In this document: positions 1-12,917 of the stretch, piece after piece
Position numbering within the stretch: position 1 is the first letter of the stretch
Layout of the letters: every line of letters starts with the position of its first letter
Assembly: GCF_009914755.1 (NCBI RefSeq)
Contig: NC_060936.1
Strand: one strand, 5' to 3'
DNA from: the human T2T-CHM13v2.0 reference genome, Homo sapiens
Length of the DNA stretch: 64,000 nt
Position numbers and translations under genes: made by a program
The notes under the pieces: model-generated
What the model saw: only the letters and a program-made list of their open reading frames with translations
Told to the model about the DNA's origin: nothing
Databases searched by the model: none

Positions 1-9
1 GAGTGGGCT

Positions 10-150
10 TTTGGCCTTGAGATAGGCTGCCTGAGTTCAAAGCCTGCCTCTGCCACTCATTAGCTTTGTGACCTTGCACAAGATTGTTTAACTTCTGTGC
101 CTTGATTTTCTTATCTGTAAATTGATGTAATGATAATACCTAACTCATTT
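10..150 (+). mobile_element. MIR SINE fragment
   Basis: MIR core (gagttcaaagcctgcctctgccactc...tgtgaccttg...atctgtaaa). Confidence 0.7.
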
Positions 151-1364
151 CACAGATTTCCCATATACCCCTTTCCCCCACAAACACATAGCCTCTTCCA
201 TTATGAACATCCCCCCACCAGAGATGTGCATTTGTTACAATTGATGGATCCACATTGACACATCATTATCACCCACAGTCCGTAATTAGGGTTTGTTCTT
301 GGTGCTGTACATTTTTCGGGTAGTTGAACTAAGTGATCTCTAAGAGCCTTAGTGACTGAAAACAAATGAATCTCAGGTTGGTGGAATGTGCTTGATTACA
401 CTGTTATTTTACAAAGCAAACTTGTGAGTTCTGGAAAATCCCAAGTTAGTGCATGCTGGTTCAGTGAGGTTTACCAAAGTCCATTGGGTATACTTTTAGC
501 AGTTACTATTACTAATAGTGAACATGCTTACTTGACCCACTCACATGGGAAAGACAAAATGCTAGGTACTGCCATAGGCACAAAGGTGGGTGACACTATT
601 ACTGTGTTCATAATACTCAGGATCATGGTGAGCTTGAGGCCTTTTCAGAATAAGTTTACATGTATTGTCTCTTGCCCCCATTTTAGCTGTGAGATTCATG
701 GGTAAACTTTATGATTCCCATTTGTTAAATGAATATAAATATTATAAGCAAATTCAGTGATTGGGAAGGAAAGGAAGGACTTGGCTACAGCCCTTGCTAC
801 GTTTGAGATGTTCAGTATTTGTTTAGTAAATAAATAATATAGATTATTTTATAAAGAAACTTGGTCAAGGGCTCTTGCATCACACCTGGGGAAAGGGAAG
901 ATTCAGTAGAGAGAACATTGTTTCCTGTAGCCCATATTATGAATAGTTTGGGTCTCTGTCAGAATACCAGTCTGTGTCTGCAAAGGGGCATTTGAGTGAA
1001 GAGAGGGGGAATCTTCTGCCCATTCTCCCGAGAAGGACATGCAGACAAGAGAGTTGAGTCTGGCCACTGCTGTAATGGACTCTATAGCTTCCTGTCTGCA
1101 GCTCTCAAGCAGGCTGCATGTTTCTCCAGCACAACTCAACGGTTGGAGTTGGGTGTAGGCGGAGCAGTGAGGCCATCACCAGTGTTCATCAGGAAGAGGC
1201 TGACCAGGTTGAATAGTATATTCAGCATTAAATCCGAGACATTTTCCTCCTGTTTGCTTGAGTTCGGTTGGGGGGAGGAGATAGGGTAAAGGATCTGCTG
1301 GCACTATAAATTGTCACACAGTGTAATTACCAATCTAATGAGAATTTTATTTTTCTCTGAACAG

Positions 1365-1511
1365 TGGTGGAACGTTGTCACTGGGGAATCCTCACAGACC
1401 TTCTACACAAATGGAACCAATCTTAAGAAAATACACGTGTCCCCTGACTTCAAAACATATGTGACTGTGGATAATCTTGGTATTTTATATATTTTACAGA
1501 CTTTAGAATAA
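1365..1511 (+). CDS. APAF1: APAF1 last coding exon (end of WD40 region): WWNVVTGESSQTFYTNGTNLKKIHVSPDFKTYVTVDNLGILYILQTLE*
   Basis: Acceptor ttttctctgaacag ends at 1364, followed by 48 codons and TAA at 1509-1511. Peptide recognised as the APAF1 C-terminus. Confidence 0.97.
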   Translation, partial: WWNVVTGESSQTFYTNGTNLKKIHVSPDFKTYVTVDNLGILYILQTLE

Positions 1512-2050
1512 AATAGTTAAGCATTAATGTAGTTGAACTTTTTAAATTTTTGAATTGGAAAAAAATTCTAATGAAACCCTGATATCAACTTTTTATAAAG
1601 CTCTTAATTGTTGTGCAGTATTGCATTCATTACAAAAGTGTTTGTGGTTGGATGAATAATATTAATGTAGCTTTTTCCCAAATGAACATACCTTTAATCT
1701 TGTTTTTCATGATCATCATTAACAGTTTGTCCTTAGGATGCAAATGAAAATGTGAATACATACCTTGTTGTACTGTTGGTAAAATTCTGTCTTGATGCAT
1801 TCAAAATGGTTGACATAATTAATGAGAAGAATTTGGAAGAAATTGGTATTTTAATACTGTCTGTATTTATTACTGTTATGCAGGCTGTGCCTCAGGGTAG
1901 CAGTGGCCTGCTTTTTGAACCACACTTACCCCAAGGGGGTTTTGTTCTCCTAAATACAATCTTAGAGGTTTTTTGCACTCTTTAAATTTGCTTTAAAAAT
2001 ATTGTGTCTGTGTGCATAGTCTGCAGCATTTCCTTTAATTGACTCAATAA

Positions 2051-2677
<627 letters not shown>

Positions 2678-3755
2678 TTCAGCAGTTCTTTTTGTGAAGT
2701 AAAACTTGTATGTTGGAAAGAGTAGATTTTATTGGTCTACCCTTTTCTCACTGTAGCTGCTGGCAGCCCTGTGCCATATCTGGACTCTAGTTGTCAGTAT
2801 CTGAGTTGGACACTATTCCTGCTCCCTCTTGTTTCTTACATATCAGACTTCTTACTTGAATGAACCTGATCTTTCCTAATCCTCACTTTTTTCTTTTTTA
2901 AAAAGCAGTTTCTCCACTGCTAAATGTTAGTCATTGAGGTGGGGCCAATTTTAATCATAAGCCTTAATAAGATTTTTCTAAGAAATGTGAAATAGAACAA
3001 TTTTCATCTAATTCCATTTACTTTTAGATGAATGGCATTGTGAATGCCATTCTTTTAATGAATTTCAAGAGAATTCTCTGGTTTTCTGTGTAATTCCAGA
3101 TGAGTCACTGTAACTCTAGAAGATTAACCTTCCAGCCAACCTATTTTCCTTTCCCTTGTCTCTCTCATCCTCTTTTCCTTCCTTCTTTCCTTTCTCTTCT
3201 TTTATCTCCAAGGTTAATCAGGAAAAATAGCTTTTGACAGGGGAAAAAACTCAATAACTAGCTATTTTTGACCTCCTGATCAGGAACTTTAGTTGAAGCG
3301 TAAATCTAAAGAAACATTTTCTCTGAAATATATTATTAAGGGCAATGGAGATAAATTAATAGTAGATGTGGTTCCCAGAAAATATAATCAAAATTCAAAG
3401 ATTTTTTTTGTTTCTGTAACTGGAACTAAATCAAATGATTACTAGTGTTAATAGTAGATAACTTGTTTTTATTGTTGGTGCATATTAGTATAACTGTGGG
3501 GTAGGTCGGGGAGAGGGTAAGGGAATAGATCACTCAGATGTATTTTAGATAAGCTATTTAGCCTTTGATGGAATCATAAATACAGTGAATACAATCCTTT
3601 GCATTGTTAAGGAGGTTTTTTGTTTTTAAATGGTGGGTCAAGGAGCTAGTTTACAGGCTTACTGTGATTTAAGCAAATGTGAAAAGTGAAACCTTAATTT
3701 TATCAAAAGAAATTTCTGTAAATGGTATGTCTCCTTAGAATACCCAAATCATAAT

Positions 3756-3761
3756 TTTATT
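3756..3761 (-). terminator. ANKS1B: Candidate poly(A) signal for the distal ANKS1B terminal exon
   Basis: tttatt on + (AATAAA on -), ~740 nt downstream of the stop, immediately preceded by TGTA on the minus strand. Confidence 0.65.
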
Positions 3762-3908
3762 TGTACACACTGTTAGGGGCTCATCTCATGTAGGCAGAGT
3801 ATAAAGTATTACCTTTTGGAATTAAAAGCCACTGACTGTTATAAAGTATAACAACACACATCAGGTTTTAAAAAGCCTTGAATGGCCCTTGTCTTAAAAA
3901 GAAATTAG

Positions 3909-4035
3909 GAGCCAGGTGCGGTGGCACGTGCCTGTAATCCCAGCTCCTTGGGAGGCTAAGACAGGAGGATTCCTTGAGCCCTGGAGTTTGAGTCCAGCCT
4001 GGGTGACATAGCAAGACCCTGTCTTAAAAGAAAAA
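3909..4035 (+). mobile_element. Alu monomer (FLAM-like)
   Basis: gccaggtgcggtggcacgtgcctgtaatcccagc...gaccctgtctt followed by an A-rich tail. Confidence 0.9.
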
Positions 4036-4346
4036 TGGGAAGAAAGACAAGGTAACATGAAGAAAGAAGAGATACCTAGTATGATGGAGCTGCAAATTTC
4101 ATGGCAGTTCATGCAGTCGGTCAAGAGGAGGATTTTGTTTTGTAGTTTGCAGATGAGCATTTCTAAAGCATTTTCCCTTGCTGTATTTTTTTGTATTATA
4201 AATTACATTGGACTTCATATATATAATTTTTTTTTACATTATATGTCTCTTGTATGTTTTGAAACTCTTGTATTTATGATATAGCTTATATGATTTTTTT
4301 GCCTTGGTATACATTTTAAAATATGAATTTAAAAAATTTTTGTAAA

Positions 4347-4352
4347 AATAAA
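4347..4352 (+). terminator. APAF1: APAF1 distal poly(A) signal AATAAA
   Basis: Canonical hexamer with UGUA elements upstream and ttggattgtttcattctttg downstream. Confidence 0.8.
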
Positions 4353-4503
4353 ATTCACAAAATTGTTTTGAAAAACATTTTTGGATTGTTTCATTCTTTG
4401 CTTGTCATTTATCTGTTGATTAGACCACTAAAGTGAAGGATTCAAGCTAAATACATCAACCTTTCTATTTAGGCTTTATCAGCTATATGTAAATTCAATT
4501 CTA

Positions 4504-4578
4504 TCAAAATTTTCTGAGTGCCTCCTCAGTGTGTCTCTCTGATGGTTCCTGCCCGGTATGGCTGGCATGAAGAAGATC
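4504..4578 (-). CDS. ANKS1B: ANKS1B distal alternative terminal exon, coding part: DLLHASHTGQEPSERHTEEALRKF*
   Basis: Minus strand reads ttctcttttttacag|GAT CTT CTT CAT...AAA TTT TGA TAG. Phase 0 fits the donor after RKSV, and the peptide matches my recollection of an ANKS1B C-terminus. Too short for the ORF track. Confidence 0.88.
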   Translation of the reverse strand, partial: DLLHASHTGQEPSERHTEEALRKF

Positions 4579-4593
4579 CTGTAAAAAAGAGAA

Positions 4594-5700
4594 TTCATTT
4601 ATTTATTCACTTAGTTTGTTCATGCATTTGTTTAATAAATATTGAGATGTACCATGTGCCTGGCATTGTGGTAGGTATTGGGAACACAGGAGTGAGCAAA
4701 ACAAAATTCTTGCTCTACTGCAGTTAAGGGCCAGGGAGAGGCAGAAAAAGTAAATAAGTAAAATCTATAGTGAATTTGGTGGTATGTACAAGCGGAGGGG
4801 AAGGGGTTACGGTTTTAGATGGACTGGCTCTTTCAGAAGCTGACACTTGTACAGACCTGAAAGATGTGAGGAAGTGAGCTATGCATCTGTCGGGAAACCA
4901 TTCTGAAGGATACAGCAGGTGCAGACTCCAGTGGGATGGTTGGTGTATTCTGGGAGCAGCCAGACGGCCCATGTGGCTGGAGAAGGGTGAGTGTGAGGAG
5001 TCTAACAGGAGAGGCAGAGAGGAATTGGGGTAGCACCGGAGGCTGCCTCTTAGGCCACAGTAAGGACTTCACTTTTGACTCTGGGAGCCAGTGTAGGAGT
5101 TTTGAGCAGTGGTCTGATTTAAGCTTTAACGAATCACCCAGGCAGTGGGAATCAACTGAAAGGGGAACCAGTGAGAAGCTTTTGTAATCATCCGGACAAA
5201 ATGAAGGTGGGCCAGACTAGGGTGGCAGCAGCAGAGCTTGTGACAAGTTGGATTCTGGACATATTTTGAAGATAAGAGTTAATAGGATTTGCTGATGGAT
5301 TGGATAAAGGTTGTGAGAGAGACAAGAAAAGAATGATGCAAGGTTTTAGCCTGAGCAACTGGAAGAAGAGAGTTGCCGTCAGCTGAGATGAAGACAATGA
5401 AAGCAGCTTTGCGGACGCGGTAAGTTTGAGATGCCCGTTAACGAGACATCCAGGTGGGGATGCTGAGTAGGCGGGATGCAAGGCTCTGGAGTTCATGGGA
5501 AAGCTCCACCAGGAGGTAGAAATCTGAGAGTCATCAGTGAATTGATGGTATTTAAAATCAGAGGAGTAGATGAAATCAGCAGTGAAGTGGGTGTAGATAG
5601 AAAAGACAGGGGGCCCCAAGACTGAGTCCAGGGCAGTCTGGAGATCAGTGGGATGAGGGATAAGCCCAGGAGACTAAAAAGGACCAGCAGAGACTAAGAG
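4594..5700 (-). mobile_element. L2 LINE 3' fragment
   Basis: L2 3' end (ttcatttatttattca...ccatgtgcctggcattg) followed by purine-rich L2 body. Confidence 0.75.
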
Positions 5701-8700
5701 TTGCAAATTAGTGTGGTAAGTACAGTGAATGCAGCAGGCATGGGCCCCTTAACGTCTTCTTGTCTGTAGTCCTTGATCAGTCTGCTCATTCACCCACCTA
5801 TCTATCCTGTACTCCTTGAGCATCTGCATGCCAAGCACTGTTTTAAGCAGCAGAGGAAGCAATAAGTAAATACATTTGAGTTGTTGAGAGATCATGGGGA
5901 CAACAGATGATAAGAAAACAGGACAGTATCAGCAGTTGTCTTATCTGAAAAATGAGGATCCGTTCCTCCCTCCAGATTGTTGTAGGATTTAATGAGATAA
6001 AGCTCCTGAAGCACTTATCTCATTGCCTGCACTAAGAGACCGCTCAGGGGACATTCTGCAATGCCATTTGAGCTCCCTCCTCTTTGCCTGGCAACAGCCC
6101 CAGCTGCCATCTCTGCCTCCAGTTGTGCCCTTCTGCATGATCTTTCCAGAGCACTCATCTGAATCACATTAAACTTCTCTGTTTAAACTTTGTGTTTACA
6201 CTTCTGTTTAAACCCTGGACCTGCTCCAAGTTCTCTTCTGTAGCTTTGTGTACACTGTTTTCTCTATGCTGTCCTCTCACCGATTTTCTTTTCCCCGCTA
6301 ACTCCCTATGTTTCACAAATTCTTTAAGATGACCCTCAAGAGCTGAAGGGCTGCCCTGCCCTCTCCTAGCATTCTCTTTTCTCTGTCATGGCTTTTGTTG
6401 TTTTGGAATTGCTTGCTTATTGAGGTCCCCAGTAAATCGTAAGCTCCTTGAAAGCCAGGACTGTATAGAGTCTAACATGAGCCTAGCATTGCAATGAGGG
6501 CCTCAGTAAACACTTGTTGGATGACTGGAATTCATCTCCTGAGTTCCATGGGATGAATTTGCCCACGTGTTCATAACACAGTCTATGTTCTTCCTTTCCA
6601 TAAGGATATCATGAGGCTGTCAAATGAAGATGTAGCATATCACCAGCATTTTATCTTGCCGTTTTAGTTTGGCCTTTTTCTGTGAAACATCATTAGGGGA
6701 AAGTAAAACTTTACTTGGACAAAAGAGGTTTGCTACCAAATTATATAAAATGAATAAACATATCCCTGGAGTGTTTAAGTCAGCAAGTATGGCCATCTAT
6801 TATTCCACAGACATTTTATATTATAATTTACTCACTGAACTTTAACGAAGGAGAAAATGATTTTCTAATAATTCTTAGTCTTTGAAGATTGTCACTGGAA
6901 TACATTCCTTGCTCATAACCACTCCCCTTGGGACCGTGGATATACTATACAGTTATTAAAATGCCTGAATTAGAAAATCTGCTGCTCTTGGGCTATGAGT
7001 TTAACTATAGAAGAATTACTGTATATGCTCACACGAGAGGGGCAGAAGAAGGGGGTCACATTTGAGACGTAGCAGAGACCAGGCCTTTGAAGTCCTCTGG
7101 CATCAACAATGACTTGCTCCTGAGTCAAATGATGTGAGAAAACCAGAATTTGGGAAATTTTCATTTCAATTAAGATTCAGGAAAATGAGTCACTGGTGTT
7201 CTTTGTAAATTCATTTATGAGGTCAGGCCCCCAGAACTGGGAATGCTCCTTATCACATAGAAATGAATAGAAAAATCTGCCTCTGTAATTTCCATCACCC
7301 AGGGCTAGAATATGTAACTAGAGAGGGTGGTCGAGGCCTGAGTTTGGGTCTGGGGGTTCAGAGCAACCGATCAAACTGGAAAACTGAGCAGGTGAGTGGA
7401 GACTCCTGCTGTTCTGAGGAGCACACGTTCGCATTCATTCAAATGTTTATCGCCGCTCCACTCGAGGCACTGCCCAACTCTCATTTATCTTCACAGAAGT
7501 TGAGTGGATCTGCAGACTGCAGCTTCAGTTTTTAGATAGAGGAAGAACTAAACCCCAGCAGCTAATCGGTGACAAAGCCAGGGCTAGAATCCAAATCTGC
7601 TATTCTTTATAGATAGAAAGGCCAAGACTCTTAGGCTTGTAAGTCACCTGTCAGTCACAACTGGAAGTAGAATACTCCTGGGTTCAGTGGCAGATGACAT
7701 CAGCCTAGGGGTCATAAGGCTTGGTTTCACTAGCTGGGGAAAGTCATCCAATAGCTTACGTGATGGTTTTGGAGATGTTCTTATATTCACCTTCAATTAG
7801 CAGTGAGCCCTTCACTAAGCCCTTCATCTTGGGCTTATTGCCCTACTTGCTGTCAATTAACCTCTGGAGACACACCAAGTCTTTTAGAAGGAAGGAAGGG
7901 AGCTACTATTTTTTGAGGGCCTTTTATGTGCCAAGCCCACAGGCTGGGCATTTTCCATACATTATTTAACTGAATCATAACAGTGCTGCAAGGTGTTATC
8001 TCTTTCATAGGTGTGCAAACAGATGCAGAGAGGTTAGGTTTCCAGGGCCCCACAGCCAAGTGGTGGAGCTGGGTTTCTGGTCCACGGCCTTCTGTCTCCA
8101 CTGGGTGACACTCCCTGTACCTTCTCATTGAAGCCCCTGGGCTAGAGGGTCCAAGAGCATCACTTCAGTTCTGCATTTCATTCGTTACTCACTTGCATCA
8201 GGACAGATGCATCACTACTAAGCTCTCGGAGAAGGCATCAGATGCTGTCTGCTCCCAAGGAGCTTCTACTTTTGGTAGTCTGCTTAACTTGTATCTGTGC
8301 CTGTAGAGATTGCTCTTTGAAAAAAGCAGCAGGAACATTCTGATAGAAGCCAATGGATGGGACAGGTGGGGGGAATGCGTTGGATTTGCCAGCACCTGGC
8401 CACTGCCCAACCTGCTCTCAATTCTCAGATGATTCAGGTATTGAGCAAGGAAGGTAGCAGAGCTACTGTTGCCTTCCCTTTGGGGAAGCCTGTTTCTACT
8501 TTGAAACTCTTAAGGGATTCATTTCAAATTAGTGGCAGGCCTTGGTTAGTGGATCTGTGTGCTGTCTTCTGCCATCTTGATTGCATCTCCCCCCTTCTCC
8601 TTTTCCTTTCATTTGAAAAAAGATGCAGCCCCTCAGAGCCTCACTTTCCTGATTTGTCAAATAGGGAACCTAATGTACAAGGCTTTTGTGGGGCTTAGAA

Positions 8701-9580
8701 AAAACATGTCAAGAATCTGATATAGATCTCAATAAACAGCATAATACTTATCTTTCGTCCCAGTTACAAACCCCCATTCCTGTACTGCCCAAATCTCCAT
8801 GATTCACAAATTGCGACCCTGCTGCTTCTGCTCCATGGCAGACACCTAGCTCCAGGCACCCTCCTCTACCACCTCCTTCTCCTTATGGCCATTGGCTTTT
8901 AGGAGACAGACATTGCTTACTTAGCAGGAAAGCTGTCACCTGCTTTCTTTTGAACTATCCCGAACTTGATTCTCTTTGGGCGACGCATACACCCATCAAG
9001 TGGTAAAGAAGACTGGGAATGAGGGGAGAAAAGACCCTGGGCTTGTTGCTGGGGCCAGTAGCTTGGGAGTGTGGTGGTATGTGTGTGGCTTTGGCTGTCA
9101 AGTGGATCTAAGTTCAACCCTGGCTACACTGACTTTCCAGCTGTGTGACTTCAGCAAATGGGTTAATCTCCTCAAGGATTCACTTCCTAGGGAGGCTTTA
9201 AATGTCCCCGGGTGATTCCAGTGTGCAGTGGAGGTTGAGAGCCAGCGCCCTCTACTCTCACCCTTGATGCCCAACCAACTCATTGCCAGTCTCCTCCTTT
9301 AGCACAGCCCATGATGCTGCGATGTCTGCCAATGCAGCATGCCCCTTTGTGCCTGCTCTGCCCATAACATTCTCAGGAGCTTGCTGGACAGCACAGATGT
9401 TTGGTGTGCATATTAACCCAGCTGTGGGGATCTTTCCTGCTCAGGTTTGGTGGCTAATTTATAGAGCAGCTCTGTCAGGATGATCACCAATCCCTCTTAC
9501 AGGCACTGCTTTCTCTGTTCAAGTGTCTCACATGTGTGTGCTTGTGTTTGCCTTTTAGCTATTACTGTGATGATTCCCAA

Positions 9581-10111
9581 TGTAGTAGACACTGCCAGTG
9601 ACCACCGCAATATCCAATCTCCCCCTTTTCCTCACTAACAACCCCTGCATTGTTGGGGGCTGCAGTGTGCTCAGCTAAAACTAACAATTGCAGCCACATT
9701 TTCCATCCTCCTACATAGGGGTGGCCAATAAGCTGTATGCAGAAGTTGTGGGGTGGAGCTTCCAGGAAAGCTCTTAAAAGTCTGCCTTATTCAGCTGGAC
9801 AATGCTTCCATCCTATGGTCCTTACCATCTTTTCTAATGCCTGGAATATGTGTGTGCTGGAGGATGCTCCAGCAGCCATTTTGTGACAATGAGGCAATCT
9901 TGAGGCTAAAAGCCACTTCCAAAGGATGGCAGAGTAGAAATATAGAAGGATCTTGAGATTTCAATGATATCATAAAGCTACAATTCCAGCTCTGTACTGC
10001 CTATCTCTGAAGTTCATGTTACATGAGGGAAAATTCAACCCCTGCCTCGTTTAAGACATTGTTATTGCTGGTCTTTGCTACTAGTTCTTTAGTTCAATTC
10101 CTAACTGATAC
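9581..10111 (+). mobile_element. MLT1-family (ERVL-MaLR) solo LTR
   Basis: tgtagtagac start, cagccattttgtgac and ctaactgatac end, typical of old MLT1. Confidence 0.65.
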
Positions 10112-10309
10112 TTCCCAAAACAAACCTGGTGAATAACAGCAATTCAACAAATGTCACCGACCCCTGAATCTCTGCCTCCTCCACCCACTCACCCCAGCTA
10201 CAAACACTCTTTCTTTCTCCTGATGAGTAACCGGGCATCTAGCTGTAAGGTTGCTGAAGCTTTGTGGAATCTCAGAAAGTCATAAAGCTACTGAACAAGT
10301 TCACAAACA

Positions 10310-10582
10310 AGTGATGCATAGACCACACCCAGCCCACAGATGAGTTCTGTGTGGCTCACACTTATTTTTTAAAACTGGGTTTGCTGCCAACACTTCAAAA
10401 CCCAACGATTTTGCGTGAAAATCCAGATTTCTTAGAAAATCTGTGGACCCAGGGTCTTCCTTTCTGCCTGGCAACAATCAGCTGGAACTCAGCAGTGGTT
10501 GCCCCTGAGATGAGGCACAGCCCCATCCCCCTCACTCATGTCACCTGTATGGCTTGGAAGGCATGTGAGTTTGCAACCTGCT
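10310..10582. mobile_element. hAT-Charlie DNA transposon remnant (MER102-like)
   Basis: gaaaatccagatttc...ctggcaacaatcagctggaactcagcagtggttgcccc. Confidence 0.55.
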
Positions 10583-12917
10583 CAAACCCACACCCCAGAA
10601 ACGGCCCGCTAAAATGGGATTTCAGAATCCACTTGTACCTTTCTTCTTTCTCAGTCTCCCCTGACTCAACACAGCACACTGGCATTGTTTTTTTCCTCTC
10701 AGACAACTCAGCATGCACTTTTGAGAATCAGAGAGAAATCCGCCTCTCAAATGTCAGAAAACAGCTGATGCTGCCTCTTACTTGGGGGCCTTTTGACTTC
10801 CCACGTGTCTTACTGCCACTTGAGAGGGAGGGCTGCAGGCAGGCAGGCTCCCTGGGGAGCAGCTGTTGGGATGCTTGATTGAGGCCCTGAGACAGCCAGA
10901 GGACAATTAAATTGGGTATTGAATATGAATTGCTTTGAATGGTTTTTATTACCACATTGTGAGCTGACTTTGGTTGTAAAATCTGACTCCATCTCTTGCT
11001 CTTACTGTGGTGATGAGACAGAACTTCAAGATGTCTTAAATAGCAGGGCTTGGAACATGCATATTAGCTCATCTGTACTCGTGAAGTCTGTCATCTGATA
11101 CCCGCGCTCCTCCACTGTCTGAACCAAGTTAGGAGCCCTGATTAAACCTCCGCGGCTGCAGTCGCCACCTTCCGCCGGGGTGACCCCATTGGAGATGACA
11201 AATGAAGGATGTCTTATTTCAGCCTGATGTGTAAGTCTTCACAGCACTGGTCGTTAACTACTCTTGGAAAGTTAAATGCCCATGCAGCTTTTTTTTTTTT
11301 TTTCCCCAAACAAACATAGGTCTCTGAGGTTTTGGAGAGAAAAACAAAAACTGTTTTAATAATAATTTGTAGCTATGCTTTTTGATGAGTTGCACACTGA
11401 GTGCAATATGTTGGCTGCAGAATGACCATCTTTGCAGAAGCAACTCTAAGGAAAGTGATGCCACGCTAAGCACAGAGTGAGTTCTCAATAAGTAGACCGA
11501 CTTGAGCGGAAGACAGAAACAGTTAAGTGGAGTTGGCATTTCCCTGGTTGGCACCAAGGTCTCAGGGTTATTTCGACCACAAAATTAAGTTCCAGCTCCT
11601 AGCTACTAACAGAGTCACAATATGCAGCATGGTGATGGTCAAAAGGCCTGAGCAAGTTCAAAGCGCCGTCTCTGCCGGCTTTGGAACCGGTTTCTGTGGG
11701 AAGCAGGACTCTGTTGCTGGGGCAGGCAGATGCTTGTGTCCATTTGCCTAGAGGCAGTAAATGTGGGGCTGGCTGGCTGGCTGTTGGGGAGCTAGGACTG
11801 GAATATGGGGTGGGCCAGTGGGCCTTGCTGCATGTAGACTCTGTGCTGGCTGTGTTGGCTAGTTAGTTACCCAACTTTATTTCAAAAAATGTGTTTCGAA
11901 CCTTCAGATCGACTAGCCTATCTAAAAAGAGAACTTAGAAAGTTATTTTTTTTAAAAAAAGTCTTCTTCCTACGGATTTCCTGAACATGGCCATTATATT
12001 CTAATTCTCTTGAGGCTAGATCACTTATCAAATTTTCATTTCTTTTCAGAAGTAATTAGGAGTGATGCTACCTTGAATCCAGGTGTGAATTTTTATTGAT
12101 TTTTGAGGATTTGGCCACGTGTTCCTTTATCCAAGCCTGTCTTCTGCTCCATCTTATCCAAACAAACATTGAACCAGCAATATTCCCAAGTATTCCAACT
12201 TGAGAAAAATCTTGTGTGTCTTGAGAAAAATCATTTCCATGACTTATTAATGAACTAACTAGGGATAATTTTCATAGGGTTCGTTAACTCAGATTTATCA
12301 TCATAGAATACAATTTAATAAGAAACAATTAAATGGAGTAATTGAATTCAAGTCCTTTTTTGAGTAATGATGTTAGCATTCAATGACCCCCCCTGCCCAT
12401 GGTTATTGAAGTTATCAATGTATCAATTTTCCCCTTGAAGAAAATCAGCTGCAAATCTCTTCGTCAATGCATGGGCCGCCTCTCATCTGCCCCCTGCAGG
12501 CCTAGCCCTTCCTTTTCCCGTCCCTGCTCTGGTCTATGGGGCTGCTGTGTGTGTAGAAAAAAATGAAAGGACTGATGACCATGTAGATAATGTTTTTCCA
12601 AACATACCATCGAGGCTGTGCTACAAAAGTGATCCAGTTTGGTGGTCCTTTCTCTTTTAGAGATGCCTGTTTTGACAATTCCTCCTTACAGTCTGCTTTA
12701 ATATTTAAAAGAAGGCAGTGGGGGCTTTAGGTTAAAATTAAAGTTTCAGAGGCCTGTGTATCTTTCTCAGACTGGTTGAACTTGGAACTGTGCAACTTTT
12801 CTCAACAATTTTGCCAATTAAAAAAGTCCCTTTAGCTGTAGATGCTGAGAAGGCTGGGCCTTTGGTTCTGCTCCTAAATGGGAGTGGGGAAGGTGCTCAC
12901 AGAACGATGCCAAGCAC

